Assembly: GCF_000020025.1 (NCBI RefSeq)
Contig: NC_010628.1
Location: 5,850,001 to 5,882,000 of the forward strand
Direction: 5' to 3'
DNA: 32,000 nucleotides
Origin: Nostoc punctiforme PCC 73102
GTDB taxonomy: Bacteria; Cyanobacteriota; Cyanobacteriia; Cyanobacteriales; Nostocaceae
Each line of letters begins with the position of its first letter. The stretch's first letter is position 1. This document shows positions 24,360-32,000 of the stretch, one piece after another. The notes under the pieces are model-generated. The model searched no databases. It saw only the letters and a list, made by a program, of their open reading frames with translations, and had not been told where the DNA came from. The translations under genes were made by a program, and so were the position numbers.

Positions 24360-24908
24360 CTACAATTTTTCGACTGTTTGGTTCAATAACTCCATTGCTT
24401 GATTACACCAGGCTAGCCAATTTGTTTCATAAGTAATGCCATTTAAGAGAGTCAAATACTGAAATTTGGCTGCTTCTGGTAATTCTTGCAAGTCATTAAA
24501 GTAATGCTGCTCTAAATCTCTGTACGTAGACAATTTTTCTAGATGGGCTTTTTGGTGATGTTCTAGCTCTGCCAAGATAATCTTGTTAGAAACAATATGA
24601 CCAGCAAAAATTTTTACCAGTAAATCATCTTTAATCGGTGTGGGTTCACAAGGTTGAGCAATCCACTCTTTGAGGTGCTGTTGTCCTAAGTCTGTAACGC
24701 TGTAGAGCCTTTTATCTGGCCGTCCTGCTTGGAGAATTGTCTCAGAACTGATCCATTCTTGATCTTCTAGCTTCGATAACTCCCGATAAATCTGCTGGTG
24801 ACTTGCCGACCAGAAAAAACCTACAGAGCCATCGAATCGTTTTGCTAAATCATACCCACTACAGGGTGCCTCAACCAGAGCCGCTAATATTGCGTGCGCT
24901 AATGCCAT
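24360..24908 (-). CDS. PadR-family transcriptional regulator with C-terminal dimerisation domain
   Basis: MALAHAILAALVEAPCSGYDLAKRFDGSVGFFWSASHQQIYRELSKLEDQEWI is a PadR winged helix. I prefer ATG 24908 over the ORF-track start at 24938. Confidence 0.85.
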   Translation of the reverse strand: MALAHAILAALVEAPCSGYDLAKRFDGSVGFFWSASHQQIYRELSKLEDQEWISSETILQAGRPDKRLYSVTDLGQQHLKEWIAQPCEPTPIKDDLLVKIFAGHIVSNKIILAELEHHQKAHLEKLSTYRDLEQHYFNDLQELPEAAKFQYLTLLNGITYETNWLAWCNQAMELLNQTVEKL

Positions 24909-24930
24909 AATTTTTAATTCCCTACTTGAC

Positions 24931-24978
24931 TTATGCAACTAATTGCATAATAATATCGTTATGCAATTAGTTGCATAA
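24931..24978. promoter_or_regulatory. two ATGC-N8-GCAT dyads (candidate PadR operators) in the divergent promoter region
   Basis: TTATGCAACTAATTGCATAA (24931-24950) and TTATGCAATTAGTTGCATAA (24959-24978) are reverse complements of each other. The first dyad fills the spacer after a TTGACT -35-like hexamer (24926-24931). Confidence 0.5.
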
Positions 24979-25003
24979 TAACTCAAGCAACAAGGAGCCA
25001 GAG

Positions 25004-25522
25004 ATGCCTCAAGTAAGACCGGGACGATTTACAGCCGAGATTGATGAACCCTTTATTGTGTTTCTGATTGGGATGCGAGTTAATAAATTATTCGCTTTTT
25101 CCAAATGGGTTCCCACGGCGAGGGCAATGTCGCCCATGCTACAAAGCCTTAATCAGAATCCTGAAAAAGGTTTTTTAGGAGGAGAAACTTTTGTTTACTG
25201 GCGAGGGGTAGGATTGATTCAGTATTGGCGATCGTTCGAAGATTTGGAGCGTTTTGCTAGAAATCCAGCCGATGCACATTTAAAAGCTTGGCAAAAGTTT
25301 AATCAAGCCATTGGTGCTGATGGCAGTGTTGGCATTTGGCACGAAACTTATTTAATAGAACCGGGAAGATATAAGGCCATTTACGGGAATATGCCTGTCT
25401 TTGGATTAGCTGCTGCAACTAAGCACGTCCCAGCTATGGGGCGGAAGGAAACAGCACGCCGTCCCCTGGGAGGTGACGGCGAACCAGCTGTACCCTCAGC
25501 AGTAATACAGCTGGCTAACTGA
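25004..25522 (+). CDS. DUF4188-domain protein (ABM/monooxygenase-like fold suspected)
   Basis: An AAGGAG SD at 24992-24997 precedes ATG 25004. MPQVRPGRFTAEIDEPFIVFLIGMRVNKLFAFSKW...VQYWRSFEDLERFAR...GIWHETY matches the DUF4188 family as I remember it. Confidence 0.6.
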   Translation: MPQVRPGRFTAEIDEPFIVFLIGMRVNKLFAFSKWVPTARAMSPMLQSLNQNPEKGFLGGETFVYWRGVGLIQYWRSFEDLERFARNPADAHLKAWQKFNQAIGADGSVGIWHETYLIEPGRYKAIYGNMPVFGLAAATKHVPAMGRKETARRPLGGDGEPAVPSAVIQLAN

Positions 25523-25563
25523 TAACTGAGCATTGGCGCTCTTAATTGTTCACGTTGATGAAT

Positions 25564-26658
25564 CTAAGACAATGCCGCTGCCGGAGTTAAACCAAGTTTA
25601 GATAACAAGCGGTCAATGTCAAAATGCTCAGACATTAACTGGCGAATGCACTGAACCTTAATCGGCTCATGGAGACGGACTTGCCCAAAAGTACGGTTAA
25701 CAATTTCTACAGTGGTGAGAGTGTCTAAGTCAACAGATAAAATGGGGATTTCTAGTTCTTCAGCACGACTGAGAATGAATGGCGGCGGTGGTAGTTGCCC
25801 GGTGAGAATTAAACATTGGGTAGAAGTTTCCAAAGCCGCTTGCTGAATTTCTACGCGATCGCCTCCTGTCACCACTGCCATATTTCGGCGTTTACGGAAA
25901 TACTTGACAGCAGAGTTGACATTCATTGCTCCAATTGCCAGACTTTCCACCAACAAATCCATGCGATCGTTGCGACAAAGAACATCAGCCTTTAACTGCT
26001 TCACGAGTTCGCCAACACTAATACTGCGGAGCAAATCGCTACTCGGCAGCATAGCTAGTACGGGAATCCCTTGCTGTTCCAAAAACGGACGTAAGAGAGT
26101 GTTAACCGCTTCTAGTTGGGTGACAGGGATATCATTGATCACAACTCCCATCAAGCGATCGCCCACACGCCCTTTAGCAGCCAATAGCGCCTCAACCGAA
26201 AGCAACGATTTATAGCGGCTTACCAACAGCACACCAGCATCCAGTACTTCAGCCATTTGCAGCAAAGACAAGTCAAACAAATTGCCTTCGGAAAAATCAC
26301 CAGGCCCCTCTAGTAACACCAAATCTCCTTGGGACTTATGCAAATATTGCTGTACTAGAGACTGCTGATAATCGGTTTTGTCTTCCCCTCGTAAGCGCTT
26401 TTGCACATTGAGTTCATCCAAAGCCAGCATTGTAGGTGCGACACGGTTTTCCGGCAAATTGAGGCTAAGAGCGATGAATTGGACATCTTCCTCAATTACG
26501 GTTCCACTAGACGAATTTAGACACGTACCAAGCGGTTTACCGTAGGTAATATCCAGTCCTTTTTGCTGTAGCTGATGAGACAAACCCAGAACAGTTGCAG
26601 ATTTACCGCTGTAAGTCTCGGTTGATCCAATCAGCAAATATTTAGGGGATTTTGGCAC
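25564..26658 (-). CDS. phosphotransacetylase-N-terminal-like protein (P-loop DRTGG family)
   Basis: 364 aa. The N-terminus LIGSTETYSGKSATVLGL is BioD/CobQ-like. VVTGGDRVEIQQAALE is the DRTGG-domain signature region. Confidence 0.7.
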   Translation of the reverse strand: MPKSPKYLLIGSTETYSGKSATVLGLSHQLQQKGLDITYGKPLGTCLNSSSGTVIEEDVQFIALSLNLPENRVAPTMLALDELNVQKRLRGEDKTDYQQSLVQQYLHKSQGDLVLLEGPGDFSEGNLFDLSLLQMAEVLDAGVLLVSRYKSLLSVEALLAAKGRVGDRLMGVVINDIPVTQLEAVNTLLRPFLEQQGIPVLAMLPSSDLLRSISVGELVKQLKADVLCRNDRMDLLVESLAIGAMNVNSAVKYFRKRRNMAVVTGGDRVEIQQAALETSTQCLILTGQLPPPPFILSRAEELEIPILSVDLDTLTTVEIVNRTFGQVRLHEPIKVQCIRQLMSEHFDIDRLLSKLGLTPAAALS

Positions 26659-26850
26659 ACATGCACTCCTAATTTCAAAATTCAGAAGAACCCAGCTAGG
26701 TGTTTCCTAATTCTAGTTCCTTCTGGCAAAAGCCTTTCGCTCTCACAAATTAAGGTTTCCCATAATTATCTTCTAAATAAGCAGGGTAAGCAGACTCGTT
26801 ATCACTGGACTATGGGCTTTTTGAGTCAGAATGAATTCTGTCTGTTTATA

Positions 26851-27041
26851 GGACTTACGCAAAATTACACGCGCGGTAGGGCCAATACCCTGCTGGTACT
26901 CTGGAGAATTCATAGGGTATCTGCTTCTCTACGAGACGCTGACGCTCCTAACGTCGCTACCGCTTCACTAATGCGAATGCGTCTATATGAATTGCCCTAA
27001 GAAAAAAATCTTTCTTTTTGGCTCAGATTTTGCGTAAGTTC
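26851..27041 (+). repeat. MITE-like element, GGACTTACGCAAAA family (copy 2)
   Basis: The terminal inverted repeats are GGACTTACGCAAAA (26851-26864) and TTTTGCGTAAGTTC (27028-27041). The interior shares blocks with 20859-21047. Confidence 0.7.
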
Positions 27042-27172
27042 GATGATAAATATATTTTTTAATTACTTTTCTCAGGAAATACTTCTAAGTGTAGATGGCT
27101 GGGTGATAGGGAAAGGGATAATGCTGAAAGAGTTGATTTTTTCTGACCAATTACTGACTAGGAGAATATTTG

Positions 27173-28153
27173 ATGAAAACTAGAAAACTAGGGAAACTTG
27201 GGTTAGAAGTTTCAGCTATTGGACTTGGTTGCATGGGAATGTCTGAGTTTTATAGTGGTCGTGATGAAAATGAGGCGATCGCTACAATTCATCGAGCATT
27301 GGAACTTGGAGTTAATTTTCTTGATACTGCTGATATGTACGGGCCTTTTACTAATGAGCAATTAGTAGGTAAAGCAATTAAAGATCGTCGAGATCGAGTA
27401 GTATTAGCAACCAAATTTGGCAATGTCCGCACTGAAGATGGTGGTTGGAAAGGAATTAGCGGCAAACCCGAATATGTCTATCAAGCTTGCGATGCCTCAC
27501 TCAAACGTCTGGGAGTGGAAGTGATTGACCTCTATTATCAACATCGGGTAGATACAACCGTACCCATTGAGGATACTGTCGGAGCAATGGCAGAGTTAGT
27601 AAAGCAAGGAAAAGTGCGTTATTTAGGGCTTTCAGAGGCTGCTCCGGCGACGATTCGGCGGGCTGTGGCAGTTCACCCCATTGCAGCACTCCAAACAGAA
27701 TACTCTCTTTGGAGTCGAGAGCCAGAGGATGAAATTTTACCTACCGTGCGGGAATTAGGAATTGGGTTTGTTGCCTATAGCCCATTAGGAAGAGGGTTTT
27801 TATCAGGTGCGATCGCTAGTCCTGACGATCTAGCACCTGATGACTATCGCAGAAATGCGCCTCGCTTTCAAGGTGAGAATTTTTATAAGAATCTACAATT
27901 AGTTGAGCAAGTGAAGGCAATTGCCACCGAAAAAGGAGTAACTGCTAGTCAGCTTGCACTAGCATGGCTATTGGCTCAAGGAGAAGATATTGTCCCAATT
28001 CCTGGTACAAAACGCCGTACCTACTTAGAGGAGAATGTTGCAGCTACCGAAATTACCCTGACTGAAGAAGAGTTGAATCGACTGGAAGCAGTTGTACCAA
28101 AAGGTATCGCAGCAGGTGAGCGCTACCCTGACATGAGTACCGTTAACCGTTGA
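27173..28153 (+). CDS. aldo/keto reductase (NADPH-dependent oxidoreductase)
   Basis: A GGAG lies 8 nt upstream of ATG 27173. [28 protein letters not shown]...FLDTADMYG...[10 protein letters not shown]...[11 protein letters not shown] is the classic AKR pattern. Confidence 0.9.
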   Translation: MKTRKLGKLGLEVSAIGLGCMGMSEFYSGRDENEAIATIHRALELGVNFLDTADMYGPFTNEQLVGKAIKDRRDRVVLATKFGNVRTEDGGWKGISGKPEYVYQACDASLKRLGVEVIDLYYQHRVDTTVPIEDTVGAMAELVKQGKVRYLGLSEAAPATIRRAVAVHPIAALQTEYSLWSREPEDEILPTVRELGIGFVAYSPLGRGFLSGAIASPDDLAPDDYRRNAPRFQGENFYKNLQLVEQVKAIATEKGVTASQLALAWLLAQGEDIVPIPGTKRRTYLEENVAATEITLTEEELNRLEAVVPKGIAAGERYPDMSTVNR

Positions 28154-28295
28154 TCCATTAACGAAGTGTAACCAGATTTGTGCCGATTGTTCCCAGTAGT
28201 GCGATGTCTACGACGGGCTACGCCTACGTAGGTGAAAAGCTATAGCAATCCGATTTAATTTCTAATCATTCTTTGATGATAAATACACCTGTGCT

Positions 28296-28323
28296 GTAGG
28301 GGCAATTCATGAATTACCCCTAC
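28296..28323. repeat. 28-bp near-perfect palindrome (Nostoc GGGGCAATTCATGAATT family)
   Basis: GTAGGGGCAATTCATGAATTACCCCTAC lies between the convergent AKR and response-regulator genes. Related half-sites occur in the MITEs at 20955-20975 and 26985-26997. Confidence 0.7.
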
Positions 28324-28401
28324 GACATATATGGTTTTCTAAATCATATACAATTGATATTTACTGTTAATTTTTCAGCTTTAAAAAAATCATAATTTTA
28401 C

Positions 28402-28779
28402 TTAAAATCCTAACACCTGCCTTGATTTTTCAAGTACTTCTTTGGGGCGAAATGGTTTAGTTAGATATAAATCTGCACCAACTTCAATCCCTTTTTGTTT
28501 ATCAAATTCCTGTCCTTTAGCTGTCAATATGATGATGTAGATGTCAGTCATTTCCAAGTCATGTTTAACAATGTGGCAGACTTGCAAACCGTTCATTTTA
28601 GGCATCATCACATCGAGAAAAACTAGATTTGGTTTTTCAGTTTTGATAGTTTCAAGAGCTTCTTCTCCATTTCTAGCAGTTAGAAGTTCTACGCCCTCAT
28701 CTTCTAATGCTTCTAAGGCTTGTTCCATCAAAATCAAGATATTGGGTTCATCGTCAACAATCAAAATTTTCTGGGTCAT
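28402..28779 (-). CDS. single-domain CheY-like response regulator
   Basis: MTQKILIVDDEPNILILM...NLVFLDVMMPKMNG...IIILTAKG...YLTKPF is a complete receiver domain. I prefer ATG 28779. The ORF-track start at 28806 translates an STRR heptamer tract. Confidence 0.85.
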   Translation of the reverse strand: MTQKILIVDDEPNILILMEQALEALEDEGVELLTARNGEEALETIKTEKPNLVFLDVMMPKMNGLQVCHIVKHDLEMTDIYIIILTAKGQEFDKQKGIEVGADLYLTKPFRPKEVLEKSRQVLGF

Positions 28780-28853
28780 AAGATTAGGGAGTGGGGAGTG
28801 AGGCATTGGGCATTGGGTTCAACTAATTTTTTCCCAGTACCCAATTCCAGCGA

Positions 28854-31800
28854 TTACTGATCGGACAGCATAATAAAGAATACATTTTCCAATTCTTTTT
28901 CAAAGCGTAGGGTTTTCACAAAATCGGCTTCTTGAGAAAAGATAGAATCAATGATGATCATGTCAGGTTTGGCTGACAGGGCTTTATTTATGCATTCTTG
29001 CGGATTGGAGGCTTCAATCACGCTGTATCCTTGAGCTTCTAATACATCTGATAGGGTTTTTAAGGCTGATGCATTTTTATCTACAACTAATACCTTTTTA
29101 CTAGAAGTGCCCTGGTAAAGCAGTGAGCCTATTTCGTTGAGGAGTTTCTCTGTGTTAATGGGCTTGGTGAGATAGCGATCAATGCCAATATGGTAGCCCC
29201 GTTCTTTGTTTTCAATAATTGACAGAATAATGATCGGAATGTCTGCGGTCTGGGGATCATTTTTGAGAACGGCTGCCACATCAAAGCCGTTGATTTGGGG
29301 CATCATTACGTCCAAAAGAATCAGATCGGGACGGGCTGTTTTGATTTGATGAATTGCATCCACGCCGTCTTTTCCTTCCCGAACGTTGTAGCCTTCGTTT
29401 TCCAGTTGTTGACGAAGCAGTTCCCGAATGTTAGCGTCATCATCCACAACTAAAATGGTTTTACGGTTTTGGTTCACCACTGGGTTTGTGGTGATGACGT
29501 GTTCTTTGAGTTGTTTGACTAGCGTATCCAAATTTAGATTAGCAGTGGTTTTTGGATCGCTGGCGTAGGTGGGAATGATGAACGAGAATACGCTGCCCTT
29601 ACCTGGTTCACTCTCAACCCAGATTCTACCGCCGTGATGATCGATGATTTGTTTGCAGATGGGTAGTCCTAACCCTGTGCCTTTGGGTTTGTCGGTGAGG
29701 GTGTCACCAACTTGGCGGAATTTCTCGAACACTTTCGGCTGATCTTCAGGTGCAATACCAATGCCTGTGTCGATGACGCTGATGCAAACACCGTCATGTC
29801 CTTGTTTAACGCGGCAGGTGACACAACCAGATTCAGTAAATTTAACGGCATTGGAAATCAGGTTGATTAAAACTTGCAGCAAACGATTGCGATCGCCTAC
29901 TATCTGAGGCAGTCCAGGTTCAATCTCGCTGACCAATTGCAAGCCATTGGTTTCAAATAACCCGGCGGTAGAATTGGTTGCCCAATCCAGTAATTCGCTG
30001 GGATCGAGCGGCTGCATCTGCCATTCCACCTTACCTGCTTCCATCTTGGCGATGTCTAAGACATCGTTAATTAAAGACGTGAGCCGTTCTGCTTCCGACA
30101 CAATAATGTTGAGATTATCCGCCACCCGCTTAATGGTTTTTTGAAGCTTGCGGTCTTCAGTAGAAATTATTGGAAACACATCGGTTTCTAGCTTTTCTTT
30201 AATAATTGATGCAAAACCGAGAACAGAAGTTAGTGGTGTTCGCAGTTCATGGGAAACCGTTGAGATAAAGTCGGTCTTCATCTTGTCAATCTCTTTTTCT
30301 GCTGTTATATCCCGAATCAGCAGCGCAGAACCGAAGCAGGCTAGGGGTTCTTGCTCTACCGTCTTTTTGAAAATAGCGGTCGCCACTGCCTGACCAATAC
30401 GTTCCTTCGTCAGTGCAACTTCAGCAGAAAATACCTCTTCGGGATGAGATTGAGTTCGGGCAACCAGTTCTGCTAAACCAGATATCGGCAGTTCTCGGTA
30501 GTGACCTTTGAGGGCGGTAGCTGTCAATCCATACATGGTTAAAAAGGCAGGATTGAAGTGGGTAATTTGTCCTGCGGTGTCTGCCACTAACAAACCATCT
30601 GCTAAGTTATCTAAAATGGCATTTAATCCCTGCGCTTCTGCTAGGGTATTTTGCAGGGCAGCTGTCCGCTCGACAACTCTGGCTTCCAGTTCTTGATTCA
30701 GTTGCCGTAGAGCGATTTCTGCTTGTTTGCGGGCAGTGATGTCGGTATTGATTTCCAGCACCGCGCAGGGCTGACCAGAGATGTCTCGTTGCAAAGTCCA
30801 TCGACTCTGGACGGTAATCAGTTTGCCAAAATGGGTGAGGTGTTGCACTTCTCCTTCCCAATTTCCTTGCTCTAATAACTCTGCGATGATTTCTTCTTTT
30901 GGTTTTGGAAAAGTTTTTTTGAGAAATGCTTGAATGCATTGGCCTTTTACTTCTTCACGCGTCCAACCGTAGAGTCTCTCGGCACCCTGATTCCAGTGAG
31001 AGATTTTGTCGCTCATATCACGGACGATGATGGCATCGCTGGAATGATTCAACATATCCAATAAACGTTGATTTTCAGCTTCTGCCAGCTTGCGATCGTG
31101 AATATCAGTACAGGTGCCAATCCATTCCCGAATACTGCCATCCTCTTCTAGGACGGGGGCACCACAGACAGAGAAGTAGCGGTATGTGCCATCCTTACCA
31201 CGCAGCCGATATTCGGTTTGGTAGATACCTCGGTTTGTCATAGCAGCATTCCAAACTTCTGTGGAGCGGGCACAGTCATCGGGGTGAATTGGATCGAGCC
31301 AGCCCCAAACCTCAACTTCAGCTTCGCTCTGCCCCGTATAGGCCATCCAGGTGAGCATTTCATTGCTTATTCCCAGTCCTTCCGGGGTAGCTGCCCAGAC
31401 TATCTGTGAAGTAGCAGTTACTAAGGAGCGATATCGTTCTTGAAGACGCTGATTTTCGGCTTCTGCCAGCTTGCGCTTGTGAATATCGGTGCAGGTGCCA
31501 ATCCACTCCCGGACGCTGCCATCTTCTTCTATAACGGGCGCACCCCAGACCCAAAAGTAGCGATAGTTGCCATCCTTGCCACGAATTCGGTATTCAATTT
31601 GATACATACTCAGGTTTGCTACGGCAGCACTCCAGACTTCTCCGGTGTAGGCGCGATCGTCAGGATGAACGGCATCAATCCAGCCCCCATTTTGCGCTTC
31701 AGCTAGACTTTGACCTGTATAGGCTATCCAGCTTGCCAGTTCAAAGCAAATTCCTTGTGGTGTGCTTACCCAGACAATTTGTGTATTAGCAGTTACAAGA

Positions 31801-32000
31801 GAACGGTATCGAGCTTCACTCTGTTTCAGGATTTGTTCAGTATGTTGGCGTTCCTGCTGAAAGCTTCGAAGGTCGCTGATATCCTCCACACTAGACCAGA
31901 TCAGTTGCTCCCCATCTTTCTCAATCATCAGTCCAGAGATCCTGACTGGAACCAGATGCCCCTCTTTGTGGATTAACTCCTTCTCATAGGGACCGTAGCG
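28854..32000 (-). CDS. multi-PAS hybrid sensor histidine kinase (5' end beyond the window)
   Basis: The frame stays open from 31928 up to base 32000 (RYGPYEKELIHKEGHLVPVRISGL upstream of the first Met). It contains at least four PAS modules, the H-box FISTVSHELRTPLTSV, and the HATPase blocks NLISNAVKFT, DTGIGI and GTGLGL. One full receiver follows (ILVVDDDANI...LILLDVMMP...LTKP), then a short degenerate second receiver. Confidence 0.9.
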   Translation of the reverse strand, partial: RYGPYEKELIHKEGHLVPVRISGLMIEKDGEQLIWSSVEDISDLRSFQQERQHTEQILKQSEARYRSLVTANTQIVWVSTPQGICFELASWIAYTGQSLAEAQNGGWIDAVHPDDRAYTGEVWSAAVANLSMYQIEYRIRGKDGNYRYFWVWGAPVIEEDGSVREWIGTCTDIHKRKLAEAENQRLQERYRSLVTATSQIVWAATPEGLGISNEMLTWMAYTGQSEAEVEVWGWLDPIHPDDCARSTEVWNAAMTNRGIYQTEYRLRGKDGTYRYFSVCGAPVLEEDGSIREWIGTCTDIHDRKLAEAENQRLLDMLNHSSDAIIVRDMSDKISHWNQGAERLYGWTREEVKGQCIQAFLKKTFPKPKEEIIAELLEQGNWEGEVQHLTHFGKLITVQSRWTLQRDISGQPCAVLEINTDITARKQAEIALRQLNQELEARVVERTAALQNTLAEAQGLNAILDNLADGLLVADTAGQITHFNPAFLTMYGLTATALKGHYRELPISGLAELVARTQSHPEEVFSAEVALTKERIGQAVATAIFKKTVEQEPLACFGSALLIRDITAEKEIDKMKTDFISTVSHELRTPLTSVLGFASIIKEKLETDVFPIISTEDRKLQKTIKRVADNLNIIVSEAERLTSLINDVLDIAKMEAGKVEWQMQPLDPSELLDWATNSTAGLFETNGLQLVSEIEPGLPQIVGDRNRLLQVLINLISNAVKFTESGCVTCRVKQGHDGVCISVIDTGIGIAPEDQPKVFEKFRQVGDTLTDKPKGTGLGLPICKQIIDHHGGRIWVESEPGKGSVFSFIIPTYASDPKTTANLNLDTLVKQLKEHVITTNPVVNQNRKTILVVDDDANIRELLRQQLENEGYNVREGKDGVDAIHQIKTARPDLILLDVMMPQINGFDVAAVLKNDPQTADIPIIILSIIENKERGYHIGIDRYLTKPINTEKLLNEIGSLLYQGTSSKKVLVVDKNASALKTLSDVLEAQGYSVIEASNPQECINKALSAKPDMIIIDSIFSQEADFVKTLRFEKELENVFFIMLSDQ

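Noticed and set aside
24909-25003. Extended starts for padR (24938) and for the DUF4188 gene (TTG 24971)
   Set aside because: The extensions would translate the operator/promoter dyads. Internal ATGs at 24908 and 25004 (the latter with an AAGGAG SD) give N-termini typical of the families.
25904-26215. 103-aa plus-strand ORF
   Set aside because: It is antisense within the DRTGG/Pta-like gene.
26812-27000. 62-aa plus-strand ORF
   Set aside because: It lies almost entirely inside the MITE-like element at 26851-27041.
27501-27689. 62-aa minus-strand ORF
   Set aside because: It is antisense within the aldo/keto reductase gene.
28541-28806. Plus-strand ORF 28541-28801 and the long start (28806) of the response regulator
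   Set aside because: The plus-strand ORF is antisense to the regulator. The nine extra N-terminal codons (MPHSPLPNL) translate the heptamer tract GGGAGTG GGGAGTG AGGCATT GGGCATT (28787-28814).
29669-31976. Ten short ORFs on either strand within the histidine kinase gene (29669-29851, 29947-30144, 30148-30393, 30508-30696, 30607-30939, 31218-31409, 31360-31554, 31440-31706, 31710-31976)
   Set aside because: All are alternative-frame or antisense shadows of a 1000+ codon CDS that has unambiguous PAS, HisKA, HATPase and receiver motifs.

Overview
This window looks like a cyanobacterial chromosome segment, most likely from a heterocyst-forming Nostocales strain. By eye I count about 30 copies of the HIP1 octamer GCGATCGC, plus STRR-type heptamer arrays, several Nostoc-style hairpin or MITE repeats, and a psaM gene. 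I found no rRNA, tRNA or CRISPR. Most of the window is ordinary core genome: a ClC channel, an FGGY sugar kinase, GST, YajQ, a MAPEG protein, a PadR/DUF4188 divergent pair, a DRTGG/Pta-like protein, an aldo/keto reductase, a PAS-rich hybrid histidine kinase with a CheY-like regulator, and a BMP-type (nucleoside/sugar) ABC transporter operon. That operon is split by about 2.3 kb of inserted DNA: a hairpin repeat, a Uma2 endonuclease gene and an ISAzo13-family IS with an A AAA AAG frameshift site. The accessory part worth attention is an AT-rich, HIP1-free island at about 12.1-17.2 kb, bracketed by two decayed gene remnants. It carries a McrBC-type GTP-dependent restriction module. Its McrB has a canonical AAA+/GTPase core but an unrecognisable N-terminal region of about 265 aa. 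Its McrC nuclease has been cut exactly at the D-x-K/YK catalytic motif by a 1003-bp IS5-like element, and the pre-insertion reading frame can be reconstructed to the base. A strongly acidic 201-aa orphan protein sits beside the module. All functional calls come from motif recognition by eye and from memory; no database search was possible.
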